The notes beneath the pieces are model-generated. The model was not told where the DNA came from. It worked only from the letters and a program-made list of their open reading frames with translations, and did no database searches. The translations under genes were made by a program, and so were the position numbers. Shown here piece by piece: positions 29,215-43,844 of a stretch of 64,000 nt of DNA; positions within the stretch are counted from its first letter, which is position 1, and each line of letters opens with the position of its first letter. Source of the stretch: the human T2T-CHM13v2.0 reference genome, Homo sapiens; the NCBI RefSeq assembly GCF_009914755.1, contig NC_060935.1. One strand, written 5' to 3'.

Positions 29215-29875
29215 TTATTTTTAGGAATGGTAACTCCAATTTAATTGATATAAATAATAAGGAATTTTATTACTTCCCATAACAAGAAAACTGAATAGAG
29301 GATTTTAGAGTTGAGTTGTTCAGAGTCTCCATGAGATTTTCAAGGGTTCAGATTCCTTCTGTCTTTCCACTCTGCCTTCCTCAGCAAGTTGATCACAAGA
29401 TGATTGGGGAAACTCCAGGCAACACATCTTGTACATTGTTGTCTGAGAAAAGGAGGAACTCTTTCTCCTTCAACATTTTTGAAAAGGAAAGTATTTTGTA
29501 GAACCATAAAGAATGACTAAATAGTTTATGAATTCATTCATTCATACATTTGTGAATTAAAACACAAATACCCTTCTGAGAATGAAAGGGGGTGAGTATT
29601 ACTATCTACTGAGGACAAGAAGCAGAAATCAGAACTATTCTGGACAAATCTGGATGTATCCCCCTCACATCTCATTGACCAGAGTTGTGTCTCCTGACCA
29701 TTACTACATGAGTCACTGTAGAAAGGAATGGAGACTGTGACTGGCTTGGACCAATAGTGTTTTGCTACCTGTATGGGAGTGGGGCTGGGTTTTCCTCCCC
29801 TGGTTACTCCATGAATGGATATCTGCACAAAAATTGGAATGGCTGCTGAAAAGGCAAACAGCAGTGTCTGTTTCA
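29215..29875 (-). mobile_element. Old MaLR LTR remnant (MLT1-type)
   Basis: CTTCCCATAACAAGAA...CTCTGCCTTCCTCAGC...CTCACATCTCATTGACCAGA. Confidence 0.55.
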
Positions 29876-30079
29876 GCTCTTAATTATTAGCTGAGTATGC
29901 ACCCCTCTCCAGTCTCAGCTCTTGCTTTTTTTTTTTTTTGAGTCGTGGTTGCATATTGAACAGACTGTAGTTCTGAAATGCATCATGCTATTGCTCACTT
30001 TTATTCTTTCCTTCCCTTTGTCTGGAATTATTGCCCCCTCCCTGCCCCAACACATTGCCCTCTGGTCCTTGCCTACCTA

Positions 30080-30627
30080 TCGTGGTTACTTTTAGGTGTC
30101 AACTTGACTGGGTTGAGGGATGCCTAGATGGCTGGTGAAGCATCATTTCTGGTTGTGTCTGTGAGTATGTTCCCAGGAGAGAATGACCTTGAGTCAGTGA
30201 ACTGAGAGAGGAAGACTCACTCTTTGTGGGCAGGCACCTCCCATGGGCTGGGTACTGGCTGGGAAAACGGGGAAGAAGAGGGATCCTCCCTTTTTGCTCT
30301 CTCCTCTCCAGAGCGGGACATCTTTTCTTCTACTGCCCCTGGATACCAGACTCCAGGTTCTTCAACTTTTGGACTCTGGGACTTGAACCGGAGGCCTTCC
30401 AGGTGCTCTCAGGCCTTCTGCCTCTAACTTGGAGGTTGCACCATTGACTTCCCTCATTCTGAGGTTTCTAGACTGAGCCACACTAATGGTTTCTTTGGTT
30501 CTCCAGCTTGCAAATGGTCTATTGCGGGGCTTCTCTTCCTCTGTAATCATGTAAGCCAATTCCTCTAATAAATTCTTTCTACAATATCCTGGTGATTCTG
30601 TTTATCTGGAGACCTCTGTTGAATACA
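30080..30627 (+). mobile_element. MLT2B solo LTR (ERVL), inserted in an L2 remnant
   Basis: GGTGTCAACTTGACTGGGTTGAGGGATGCCTAGATGGCTGG...CCAGCTTGCAAATGG...AATAAA...GAATACA; L2 3'-like sequence flanks it (to ~30910). Confidence 0.88.
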
Positions 30628-33600
30628 TTAGCTAATGCTTTTTCATAATTAAGGTAAAAGCACTCCAGTATCCCTCCTCCAGCCCTCAGCCTCTGCCTAC
30701 ACTGTGTAGGGTGCCCCTTCTCTGTGCTCCTGTAAGACATGAACTTCTGCCTCTGCATTTTCCACTTCGTGGTAATGGCCGGAGTGTTGATTTGTTATTC
30801 TAAACCTTGAATTGCATGAACTGATTCATCTATGTATCCTTGGTGCCCAGCATATGGTCAAGCAACTGCATAAGCTCAAGAAAAACAAACTAAATTAATA
30901 AATGAATAAATAAATCTTAACCCCAGAAGGAGAGTCTGGATTTTTTTCCCCATGAAAGGCCTGAGCTTGAGAAAATAGAAACTGATTCCCAAAGTCCTAA
31001 CTCCTAGCATCCATCCTATCTAATTCAAATAAAAATATCCTTAACTCAGTAGTAATGTGAGCTAATGGGATTTAGAAGGAGAAAAGAGCAGGCAGGCTGC
31101 TGACAGCATGTGGGGTTGAGAGAGACATCCCTATTATTAGGATATAATTAACAACTTTCCTCTCATAGACATTAATTTATTTTGTCATTAAATTAATTAG
31201 AATTAAACAAGCCTTTAAATCACTGCTTGTTCCTAGAAGAAGAGATGTGTTTTCGAATGTGAAACCAAGCAAAATATCCCACTACTTTCATGTCCCTAAA
31301 GAGACAGAGAAGGGAGTGGCTGCCTTCTGGACATAGTTACCTAAGGCTTCCCTGAGACAGGGTTGGAGGCAGCAAGGAATACCAGTGGGTTGTTCTCCTC
31401 TGAAGACAATGGGACAAGAAGAAACTGCCTGTGGAATGCATAATAAAGACTCACAGATCTAGATCCTGCTGTACTATTGGGCATGCTGTGTTTTGATCTT
31501 CTGTTTTCTCTTTGATAAAATGAGGTAGCAATTTCCACCTCATAGGGTTGTGGTGAAACTTTAGTTTGATAATATAAGTAAAGTGCCAAGAGCTTATTAG
31601 ACTTGCATTAAATATAATTAACTTCCTTTTTCTTTACGCTGACATTTCAAGTTTACTTCTGATAAAGATTGCATCATGGATTCCCAAGAAAAGATTCAAA
31701 ATCTTATTCCCTGAAAGGGAAAAACAAAACCAAAACAAAATTTCACAACTGGATGATTACATCATTGATTCTTTATATACTTACTCATACCATCTAATTT
31801 GTCCATATAAATATCTTTTTTAGTCTTTTTTGGCTTCTTTAAAGTCTATACACTTGTTAGTTCACTCTGTATTTCTTCTCTAAATCTACCTATCACTTCC
31901 AGTCTTTTCCCTCAAATATCCCTTGAACCCACACCACTACCCAAGACACTCCCCTTAATTAAAACAGGTGACATAGTTATCTCTTCATTTTCCTTTTCAT
32001 GCAGAGATCAATGATGAAAAAAACAAAAACAGTGAACATAGCTTGTGCATATGCTTATATAAAAACCATGCATTGTGCATTTAGTTTTTATAGCATCTTA
32101 GACTTGCAATTTTTTAAAAAATACAAATTCTTGATGAAACCTATTATTTGCAATTTGTACTCATAGAAATGAGGCTCTTTTTGAATTATAGCCTAGAGGC
32201 TATTTTTAGACTTTGATGTGTTTGAAGACCGCATGGGCTGATCTCCTGAGATCTCTTGCAGCTCTGGAGCTATGTGGATCTATGAATCAGTGCTATTTCC
32301 TAGTTTCAAGAAAAGCATGTGAGTTGTCTTAATAAGGACATGTTCAAAAGAGTGTACTCTTTGTTGATGAATCCACAATCCAGTGTGACAAGGACATCAA
32401 CTGAGGTGCCCTAATTGACTTTTATTGCAGCTCAGTTTCAGAGTGGGAGAGGCAAATATTGGCCTAGACTCCAGCTTTTGAAAAGACAATGATGGGAAAG
32501 TAGACTGCATAAAGAGTGCCTCAGATTTAGAGAAGGTTCAGGCAAAATAGCTTAAGTCTACTGTTGAGTCTGATGGCCGATTAGTTCAACTGCTACAGGT
32601 TGAGAATTCGGCTGCTTATGCACTTAGATCGAACATCAACAAGTTCAACATTCATATTTTAACCTTGAAGCAAAAACATGAGTAAATATATTGCATGTAC
32701 TCTAATATGATTTTCTGCCCTGACTGATATTTTACTGAATAAAATCAACCTATAATTGAACAACTTAAGTGATGTTGACAGAGGTGCTGAGTGCTTTTTC
32801 CTCTTGATCTAACAAAATAAAAACTAAAAGCTGTGCTAGTTCTTTTTTTTTTAAATTAAGACTACAGTCTTATCAGTCTTTAGAAGACCGAATAGAATGC
32901 ACAGATGAATAGCTAATTAAGCTTTCCAGGAAACTTCTGAAGGAAGCAGAGAAAATATAGACTGTTACTTTTTGTAATTTTTTTTAAAAGTTTCAATTGT
33001 TTTTACCATGATACATTTTTTAAAAATGCATGGTCAACAAAATGTAAGTTGAGAAAACAAAGCCAATAGTTATTTTTGTTTGTTTGTTTTTTGTTTTTCT
33101 TTACTTATTGCCATTGTTCAGAGGGCATCGTTGAAGAGCTTCTGCAGGTACATCTCTGTATATGCTTGGAAAGACCCCATGTGGTCCTGTGCCTTGCTTA
33201 AGATGACAGTTCTAGCCATGTATGTTCTAAATTTGTAGGAAAAAAATTACTTTTCTTACAAGAGCTGAATTTAAATATTTTAAATATTCTTAGCCACCGG
33301 CATAACTGTAACCAGTATATGAGTAAATTTAGGCTTAAACAGCATTGAGTATAAAATAAGATTACATGTCCTTTAATAATCAAATTTTAATACGTTTGAG
33401 TTTTCACCCACTTAATGAACAGTGACTTCAGTCTTTTGTACAGGTCCCTCTCCAAATACATCCTAGAATCCCCCAGAGATTTGCATGTGGCAGTCCCTCA
33501 ACCATTACTAACTTCCAGGGAGCAAGAAGTCAGACATGCACACAAACAGCTGTCGTTGAGGGTGTTCTAGTGCCCGATGGAAGAAGAGCTGTGCTGGTGG

Positions 33601-35662
33601 CCCCATGGTCCTACAGATACTTGATTCTGATAGAGTGGCTGCCCCCAGTGCTTTGCTTTCCACTCCCATTAATGCCACTGAGTTACTACTTTTCTGGCCC
33701 TAGTTTACCTTCCTTTCATTTCTCAGAGTAAAAATAACCAGTCAATGGAAGTTCTCTGGTAGAATAATTAACTATACCCCGTTTTTATGACCTTTGATAA
33801 CACGGATAGTCATTTTACTCAAGGTAGAATCAAAATTCTAGGAAACCTTCCAGTATCAGGTTCATTCTGTCCTCTCTCTTGAATGACACTCTCCTTTACC
33901 TATCTTGGGCAGTTAATGAGTCAAGGCCTCAGTTCATGTTCTTTTCTCTTACGGTACATTCCTTTTTACTAACTTTCATTCCTGCCTGTGATCACACCTC
34001 AGGTGGACTGTTCACACTTGTTTGAATTTATCAGACATATTTGTATTGAGGGAGAGGAAGGAGTGGTGTCCCAATCTCTTTTATCCCAAAAGTCACCTAG
34101 AATTTTATTTAAACCAAGGTATGCATATGTCTAGAAGGGATGAGTTCTCCTTATTTCTAAGACTCAAATTCAAAGAGAGATGTTGAGGAAGAAATATTCA
34201 GAAACTACCCCCCATCAGTTGCATATAATTTCCAAGTTCTTTCAACACTTAGATGATCACTTACAAATCATTACCATTTATTGCATGCTCACTTTGTACA
34301 AAAAAACACTGCAGATTATCAGAGGTATCAAAATGTATGACAGTCTCTTTTCCTAGGAGGTTAATACTTTATGGAGATCAGCAATTTTCAAAACTGAGTT
34401 TCATGTTGAAGTGTTACTTTAAAGCATTTGCTTCATTTTTAATTTTACTTGTCTACTTAAACTATTTAAAAAACTGTAATAAAACTAACAAATTCAAATG
34501 TATTATATTCCATTTTTTCCCACCCTGGTGGGAGTTCATTAAATTGTCCTGCCAGATTAACTTGGTTTGGGGCAGACCTTGGCATAAAACTTTGTCTGCT
34601 ATCTTAGGTCAAATAATTGAAATTTTTATAAATGTGTCATTGCTTAGAAAAATGTGGTTCCACATTCATCTTTTTAATTAGACCTCCAAATGTCTACAAA
34701 GATAGAATTGTATAAGCAATTATACTACACTCCTACAAGTGCCAGACAAGTCTAGCATCTGCCAGGATCATGGACTTAAGATATGATGTGTTGTTTATCA
34801 TAATTTCATATTGTAAAATTTAGTATTTATCATAAATTGTGTTGTTTTTGTTTAACCTTCTATAAACTTAAGGTCTTGATATTTTTGTGCTTACAAATGT
34901 AGGAAAAATTTCAGGAAAAATACCCAGATATTTTTATTTTGGTTTTCACAAATAATTACAATAACTAGAATATTTGTATATTTTGGGTTAATATTTGACA
35001 TGAATGCCTGATATATTTAAGTGTTTTCTATGATAATAAACAGTTCATAAGGTTATAAGCTATTAAGTACATTTTACCTAATGACAGTGCTTTAAATGGT
35101 TATACAATATAATCATTGGCACTCTCTAAATTAAAGAATTCCAGCATTCATTAGGTATCATTAGAAATTCAAGTCTGAAACACAGTTTCCAATATTTATC
35201 TTTCAGACATCTAGATAAGTTTTATTAAGGAGTATTCTGACATTGCAAGGAGAGTTATCAAGAAAACAAATCTCATTTGTAACTTTTTGTCAGTATATAC
35301 TACATAATTCTCAATTCTGGATATACAAAACGAAATGTAGATTAAATTGTGTTCTTTAATTATAAAATGGCAGAGTTAAAATTTTGTATATAATATAATA
35401 GCTTCCTTGCTCTCTTTGGGTGACTATATAACAAAATTTTAAAACTTGAAGCAAAGGTACTAAAAAGTTTGAAAAACCAGTAACATAGTGGATAACTCAC
35501 GAAGTTTTTGATGATTAGTAAAATATTTTACATTCAATTTTACTTGAATTTTTAAAAATAAATGGGATGGAGTCCAAATGTTGAAAAATTATAATGGTAA
35601 TTTATTTTCTAGGGAAAAAGCATAAAAAGAATGAATTATCAAGCTGAGCTTCCTTTACCTCC

Positions 35663-36078
35663 TGATATGGTTTGGGTTCTGTGTCCCTGCCCAAATCTCA
35701 TGTCAAATTGTAATCCCCAGTGTTGGAGGAGGGGCCCAGTGGAAGGTAACTGGTGGGGCTCTTATGAATGGGTTAGCACCGTACCCCTCTTGGTACTTTA
35801 TAGTGATAGACTTCTCATGAGATCTGGTTGTATAAAAGTGTGTGGCACCTCGCCCCATGTCTCTCTTCCTCTTGTTCCGGCAATGGGAAGTGCTTGCTCC
35901 CCCTTTGCCTTTTGCCATGATTATAAGCTTCCTGAGGCTTCCCCAGAAGCCAAGCAGACTTCAGCATCATTCTTCCTGTATAGCCTACAGAACTGTGAGT
36001 CAATTAAACCTCTTTTCTTTATAATTTACCCACCCTCAGGTATTTCTTTATAGCAATGCAAGAACAGTCTATTACACA
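35663..36078 (+). mobile_element. MSTA/MSTB solo LTR (ERVL-MaLR)
   Basis: TGATATGGTTTGG...CTCATGAGATCTGGTTG...ATTAAACCTCTTTTCTTTATA...TATTACA. Confidence 0.92.
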
Positions 36079-37279
36079 CCTCACCTTGATTCTTAGAAAT
36101 TAGGAAACATTAAAGCCATGGGAGAAGGTAGGAAAAAAAATGCAATGTTATCTAGGGAAAGAGCACAAGAAAGGCAAACAGATAAAGGTGAGGTAATTAC
36201 TAAAGACAAACGCTGAATGTTCATTTCATAGTAACAATTATTATATTCATGAAGTTTATTTAAAAACTTCTTATGAACACTTCAGTTCTAGGAAAATAGG
36301 ATAAGCATATTTTTCTCTATTTCTCTCATTAAGTACAGTAAAATCCCTGTACTTAATATATAAAACAAACATAAAGAGACTCTAAAAGACAGACTGCCTA
36401 GGGACCTTGAGACCTGAGAAATAACACAGTGGTGAATTGCGAGTGTTTTCTTTTGGCCTCATATATCCAGACATGGAGTTAAAGAAAATGCAACCCAGAA
36501 ATGCCAACTGGCATAGAGAAAACCAACCAACCACCACCACCAACAATAACAAACACCAAAGGCCGACTTTCTTTAGCCAAAGAAGCAGAAGATAGGAAGC
36601 CTAGTAAGATGGAAACCTTTTAGACAATAGCCACTGTACTCCAGGCAAGTATCATAGAAAAACTAAAAGCTGTAGTCTTACCACCATCCATGCTAGCAGA
36701 AGCCAAGTGGGAGATAGGACTTTCATCCCCGTTGGCTGGTAATGAGGTACCCTCACCCTCACAAGGTCAGTAGAGACAACACAGAAGCCTGGATTTCTAC
36801 CTGTATCCAACAGAGATGAGATATCACTTTCTCTCTCCCAGTCGTCAGTGGAATCTGGCAGTGATCAGTGGAATCCTGGTAAAAAGTCAGAACTTGCGCA
36901 ATATCAGCAGTAACAAGGCCACCTCTGCTGCAGTGTCGGTGGAGACAACATGGGAAAATGGAGTGCCCATCCAGCAGTAAAAAGTTGCTCCCTCTTCAAG
37001 TGTCAATAGAAACTGAATGACGAACTTGGACTTCTACTTTCATCTTGCAATAAAGTTGTAGTACCTTCCCTTCCCCTATTGTAGTGATGTCCAAAAGAGT
37101 CAACTAAAACAAAAGGTTTAAATACAAAAAAAAGGTTAAGCCTTCTTTAAATCTGAAAGAAGATTTATATAGAATCTCATAACATAATATGAAAATGCTC
37201 AGATTTTAATAAAAATTACTCACTGTAGCAAGAACCAGAAAGATGGCAAAAGGAATAGTAAAAGACAATCAATAGATTC

Positions 37280-37829
37280 TGTATTAGAGTTCTCCAGAGA
37301 AGCATTACCAATAAAACGTAGATATAGATAGAAATAGACATATAAGTGGAGATTAACTTTTGGAATTAATTCAAGTTTTTATGGAGGACAAGACATCACA
37401 AGATATACTCCCTGCAGGATGGAGAACCAGTAAAGTTGGAGGAATAATTTGGTCTGAGTCCTAAGGCCTGAGAACCAGGGGAGCCAATGGTTTAACTCAA
37501 AGTATAAGGCCAAAGGCCTAAGAACTAGGGAGAAAGGGTGACTGTAGTATGTCTTAGAGTCTAAAGATCTGAGAATCAGGAGCTCTAATGTCCAAGGAAA
37601 GGAGAAGACAAATTTCTCAGTTAAAGAAGAGAAAGAGAGAATTTGCCCTTTCTACACATTTTTGTTCTATTTGGAACCTCAGTAAATTAGATGATGACCG
37701 CCCCCCAACCATATTGTTGAGGGCAGACCCTCTTTAGTCAGCATAGTATTTCAAATGCTAATCTCTTCCAGGCACACTCACAGACACACACAGTGACATC
37801 TACAAGTTGACATAAAATTAACTATCACA
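37280..37829 (-). mobile_element. MLT2 solo LTR (ERVL)
   Basis: TGTATTAGAGTTCTCCAGAGAA...AAGGCCTGAGAACCAGG...CAAGTTGACATAAAATTAACTATCACA. Confidence 0.88.
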
Positions 37830-39901
37830 AATGGCCAACATCAAAATGATAGAAATATTAGAATTATCTGACAAAGACTTTAAAGAAACCATCATTAAAA
37901 TGCTAGAATAGGTGATTACAACACATTTGGAAAAAAATAAATAAAGACGATTTAAAAGCCTCAGCCAAAAAAAAGAAAAAAGATGAAAAGAAGCACCAGA
38001 TGGATATTTTAGACTTTATAAATACAATTATTGAAGAAAAAGTTCAATAAATGGGCATTCATGAAAAAAATAGAAGAACTGGAAGATAGAAAAATAGAAA
38101 ATAATCAATGAGGAACATAGACAACAAAACAAAACAAACAAGTGAAAACCAGAGTCTTAGAGACTTGTGGAACTATAATGAAAGACTTAACATTTGTGTC
38201 ATCAAGTCCAGGAAAGAGAGGATAAAGAAAGCAGAGCTGAAATAGTACATGAGGAAATAATGGCTGAAAACTTCCCAAATTTGGCAAGAAACATAAACCT
38301 AGAGATTTAGAAAGCTGAGCAATTCCCAAGCATGATAAAACCAAAGAAATGCAGGCACATCATAATTATGCAATTAAGATGAATCATAAATTATACTTCT
38401 GATAATTAAGACTAAGAAAAATTTTGAAAACAGAGAAAAATGATACTTTATCTGTAGGGAGGAAATGATACAAAGGAATGTGAATTTCTCATCAAAATCT
38501 ATGGAGGTCAGGAGAAAGTGGTACAATATTTTTCAAATGCTGAAAGAAAAAAAATCAATGTGGAATTCTAAACTTAGAGAAAAGCAAATCCTTCAAAAAT
38601 GAAGATAAAATCAAGACATTTTCAGAAGAAAAAAATGTAAAGAAAGTGTTCTCAGAAGATCCACCCTGAAATAATGGCTAAAAGAAATTCTCTGAATAAA
38701 AACAATACGAAAAAAAGAAGAAACCTTGAAACATCAAGAAGAAGGACATAATTCAGCAAGCAAATGTATAGATTTTCTTTTTTCTTAAGCTTTCTAAATT
38801 ATGTTTGATGGTTGATGCAAATATTATAGCACAGTCTGATGTTCTAAATATATGTGCATATTTAAAATAATATGAATCATATTATAAATTAACATAATAT
38901 ATAAATATATTTCAAATATTCAAATAAAATTATAAATGATATAATGTAAGAAGTCATAAAAGAAAATATGCTTTCTATGTCACTTGAACTGATAAACTAA
39001 TGATGACAGTGGAATGTGATGTTATTTATACATACTGTAATACATATAGCAAACATTAAAAATAAGTATTTTTGTGTTTTATGTATGCTCAAAGACATTC
39101 CATATCAATAAAAATAGAACTCTAAAAAAATTCAAGTAAACTTTAAACCTCAGAAAGGCAAGCAAAATAAAATACAGAAACAAAAAACAGAACAAACAAA
39201 AAAAATAGCAGGTTTAGCTCAAATATATCAACAACTACATTATACATAAGTGTTTTAAATACCCCAATTAAAATATTGAGATTGGCAGAATGGATTTAAG
39301 AATATTATCTAACTATATGCGGTCCACAGGAAACTTGCTTCACATAAAATGATATAACAGGTAGAAGTAAAAAAAAAAAAAAAAGAAACAATGTTAATCA
39401 AAGGAAAGATGTATTATCTATAGTAATATTAGATAAATTAGACTCTAGAGCATAGAAACTTACCAGAGAGGGAGAAGGAGAAAGAGAGAGAGATTCTGTA
39501 ATAATAAAAATGTCAATTCATCAAGAAGACATGACATTTCTAAATGTGCAAAAAGCAGATGCAAAACATATGAAGCAAAAATAGATGACCTAAAAGGAGA
39601 AGTTAACCTCACAATTGTATTTGTAGAGTTAAATATGACCCTTTCACCAATTAGTAAACCAACTAGACAGAAAATCAAAAAGCATATAAATCAATTCAAC
39701 ACCATCAACCAACAGGATCTAATTGACAGCTATAGACTACTACACCCTTCAACAGTAGAATACATATTCACTTCAAGTAACCAAAGGAAGTATACCACAA
39801 TGGACAATATTTCAGGCCATAAACCAAACCCAATATATTCAAAATAATTGAAAAACTACAGAGCATATTATCCAATCACAATGGAATGAACTCAGCAATC
39901 A

Positions 39902-40455
<554 letters not shown>

Positions 40456-41071
40456 TTATAGGACTGAATCCTGTAGTGGAAAAAATGAAAAGTATCAAAT
40501 CAATAATCTAAGATCCCACCTGAAGAAAATAAAAAAGAAAGGGATAAATTAAGCCCAAAGTAAGCAGAATAAAGGAAATAATAAAGATGAAAGGAGAAAT
40601 GTAGTGTTATTCATTGTATTCGCTCACTATCCTGGAGCTTCTGTACTGATATCTCTTTTGTATTCGTATTATAAGTAATTTGTGTCTTCTTTTTTTTTTG
40701 CCACTCTTGCTAAAGTTTTGTCAATATTATTGATCTTTTTAATTAACTAAATCTCTTTTCATTGATTTCTCTATTGTTTTTCTCTTTTGACAAGAAAACA
40801 CTGAAAAACAGACTTTTTGATTATCAAAATAATAACAATGTTGCTCTAGGTCTCATACATTATACACAAATTAATTCAGAATTGTTATTGAGCTACAGGT
40901 AAAATATTATACATTTGGGTGAGGTGCACTTTTTCACTGGGTTGCTTGTTTTCTTGTGGTTAAAATGTTAAGGGATTTTTGCATATGATACAAGTACTTT
41001 ATAGATATTTGTTTGCAAATATATTCTCCAGTCTATGAAAGTGTCTTTCACAGAGCAGAGTTTCTAATTTA

Positions 41072-42282
<1,211 letters not shown>

Positions 42283-43549
42283 TATCAGTTTTTTTTTCTT
42301 TCATGGATTATGCTTTTGGTATTACTTCAAAAACTTACCAATAACTTAAGGACACCTAGACTTTCTCCTGTGTTATCTGCCGAAAGTTGTAGAGTTTTGC
42401 ATTTTACATTTCTATTTATAATCCATTATGACTTAATCACTGCAAAAAGTATAATAAGGTCTGTGTTTAGATTTAATTTTTGTTTGCATATGAACATCCA
42501 ATTGTTCCAGTAACATTTGTTGAAAGGATATCTTTTAACAATTGAATTGCATTTGTTCATTTATCATACCACATAACTTTGTCTGTTTGGGCCTATTTCT
42601 GGGCTCTCTATTCTGTTCCATTGATCTATTTTTCTATTCTTTCACCAAAACCATGCTGTCTTGCTTGGTGTCACTTTATAGTAAGGCTTGAACATGGATG
42701 TGTCAGTTCTCCAAATTTTCTCTTTGTCTTTTTCATTATTATGTTGGCTATCCTGGGTCTTTGACTTTCCATGCAATGTTAGCATGAGGTTGTTAACGTC
42801 CTCAATATAACTTTCTGGGATTTTGCTTTTGATAGCATTGAATCTGTAGATCAAGTAGGAAAGAATTGAAATGCAGCAATGTTGAGGATTTCTGTTCATA
42901 ACATGGCATATTTCTTCATTTATTTAGATATTCTTTAATTTCTTTCATCAGTTTTGTAGGCTCTCTCATTTAGATCTTGTGCATATTTTGCTAGACTTAT
43001 ACCCAATGATTTAATTTGGAGGGGTACTAATGTAAATGTTGTTTTACTATATTTCAAATTTCAATTTTTCATTTCTGGTATATAGAAAAACAAGTAATTT
43101 TTTACATTAGCTTTGTATCCTGGAACTAATATTATATTATAATTGTTTATTAGTTCCAGGAGCGTTTATGCTTGTTTGGTTTGGTTTTGGTCAATTATGT
43201 AATCTTTTCTATATAAATCATATTGTCTGTGAACAAATTACATTTCATCCTTTCCAATCTGTATGCATTTCATATGTTTTTCTTGTCTTATTGCATTAAC
43301 TAGCACTTCTGAGACGTTGTTGACCAGGAGTAGTGAGGAGGGCATCCTTGCCTTGTTCCTAATCTTGAGAGGAAAGCTTCTAGTTTCTCACTATTAAGTA
43401 TGATGTTAGCTACAGGTTTTTTGTGTATATTCTTTTTCAAATTGAGGAAGATTAGTTTTTATCATGAATTGGTGTTTAATTTTGTCAAATGCTTTGTCTC
43501 ATCACATTTTTCTTTTTTAATTGGTTGACTAGATGAATTACATTAATTA

Positions 43550-43844
43550 TTATTATTATTATTTTTTGATGGAGTCTCACTCTGTTGCCAGGCTGGAGTA
43601 CAGTTGCATGACCTTGGTTCACTGCAACCTCTGCCTCCTGGGTTCGAAGGATTCTCCTGCCTCAGCCTCCCTAGTAGCTGGGACTACAGGCGCGTGCCAC
43701 CACACCCAGCTAGTTTTTGTATTTTTAGTAGAGATAGCATTTCACCATTTTGGCCAGGATGGTCTCGATCTCTTGACCTCGTGATCCACCCACCTCGGCC
43801 TCCCACAGTGCTAGGATTATAGGCATGAGCCACTGCACCCAGCC
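43550..43844 (-). mobile_element. Alu SINE (AluSc-like)
   Basis: Reverse Alu with CTCGATCTCTTGACCTCGTG; TSD ACATTAATTA. Confidence 0.95.
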
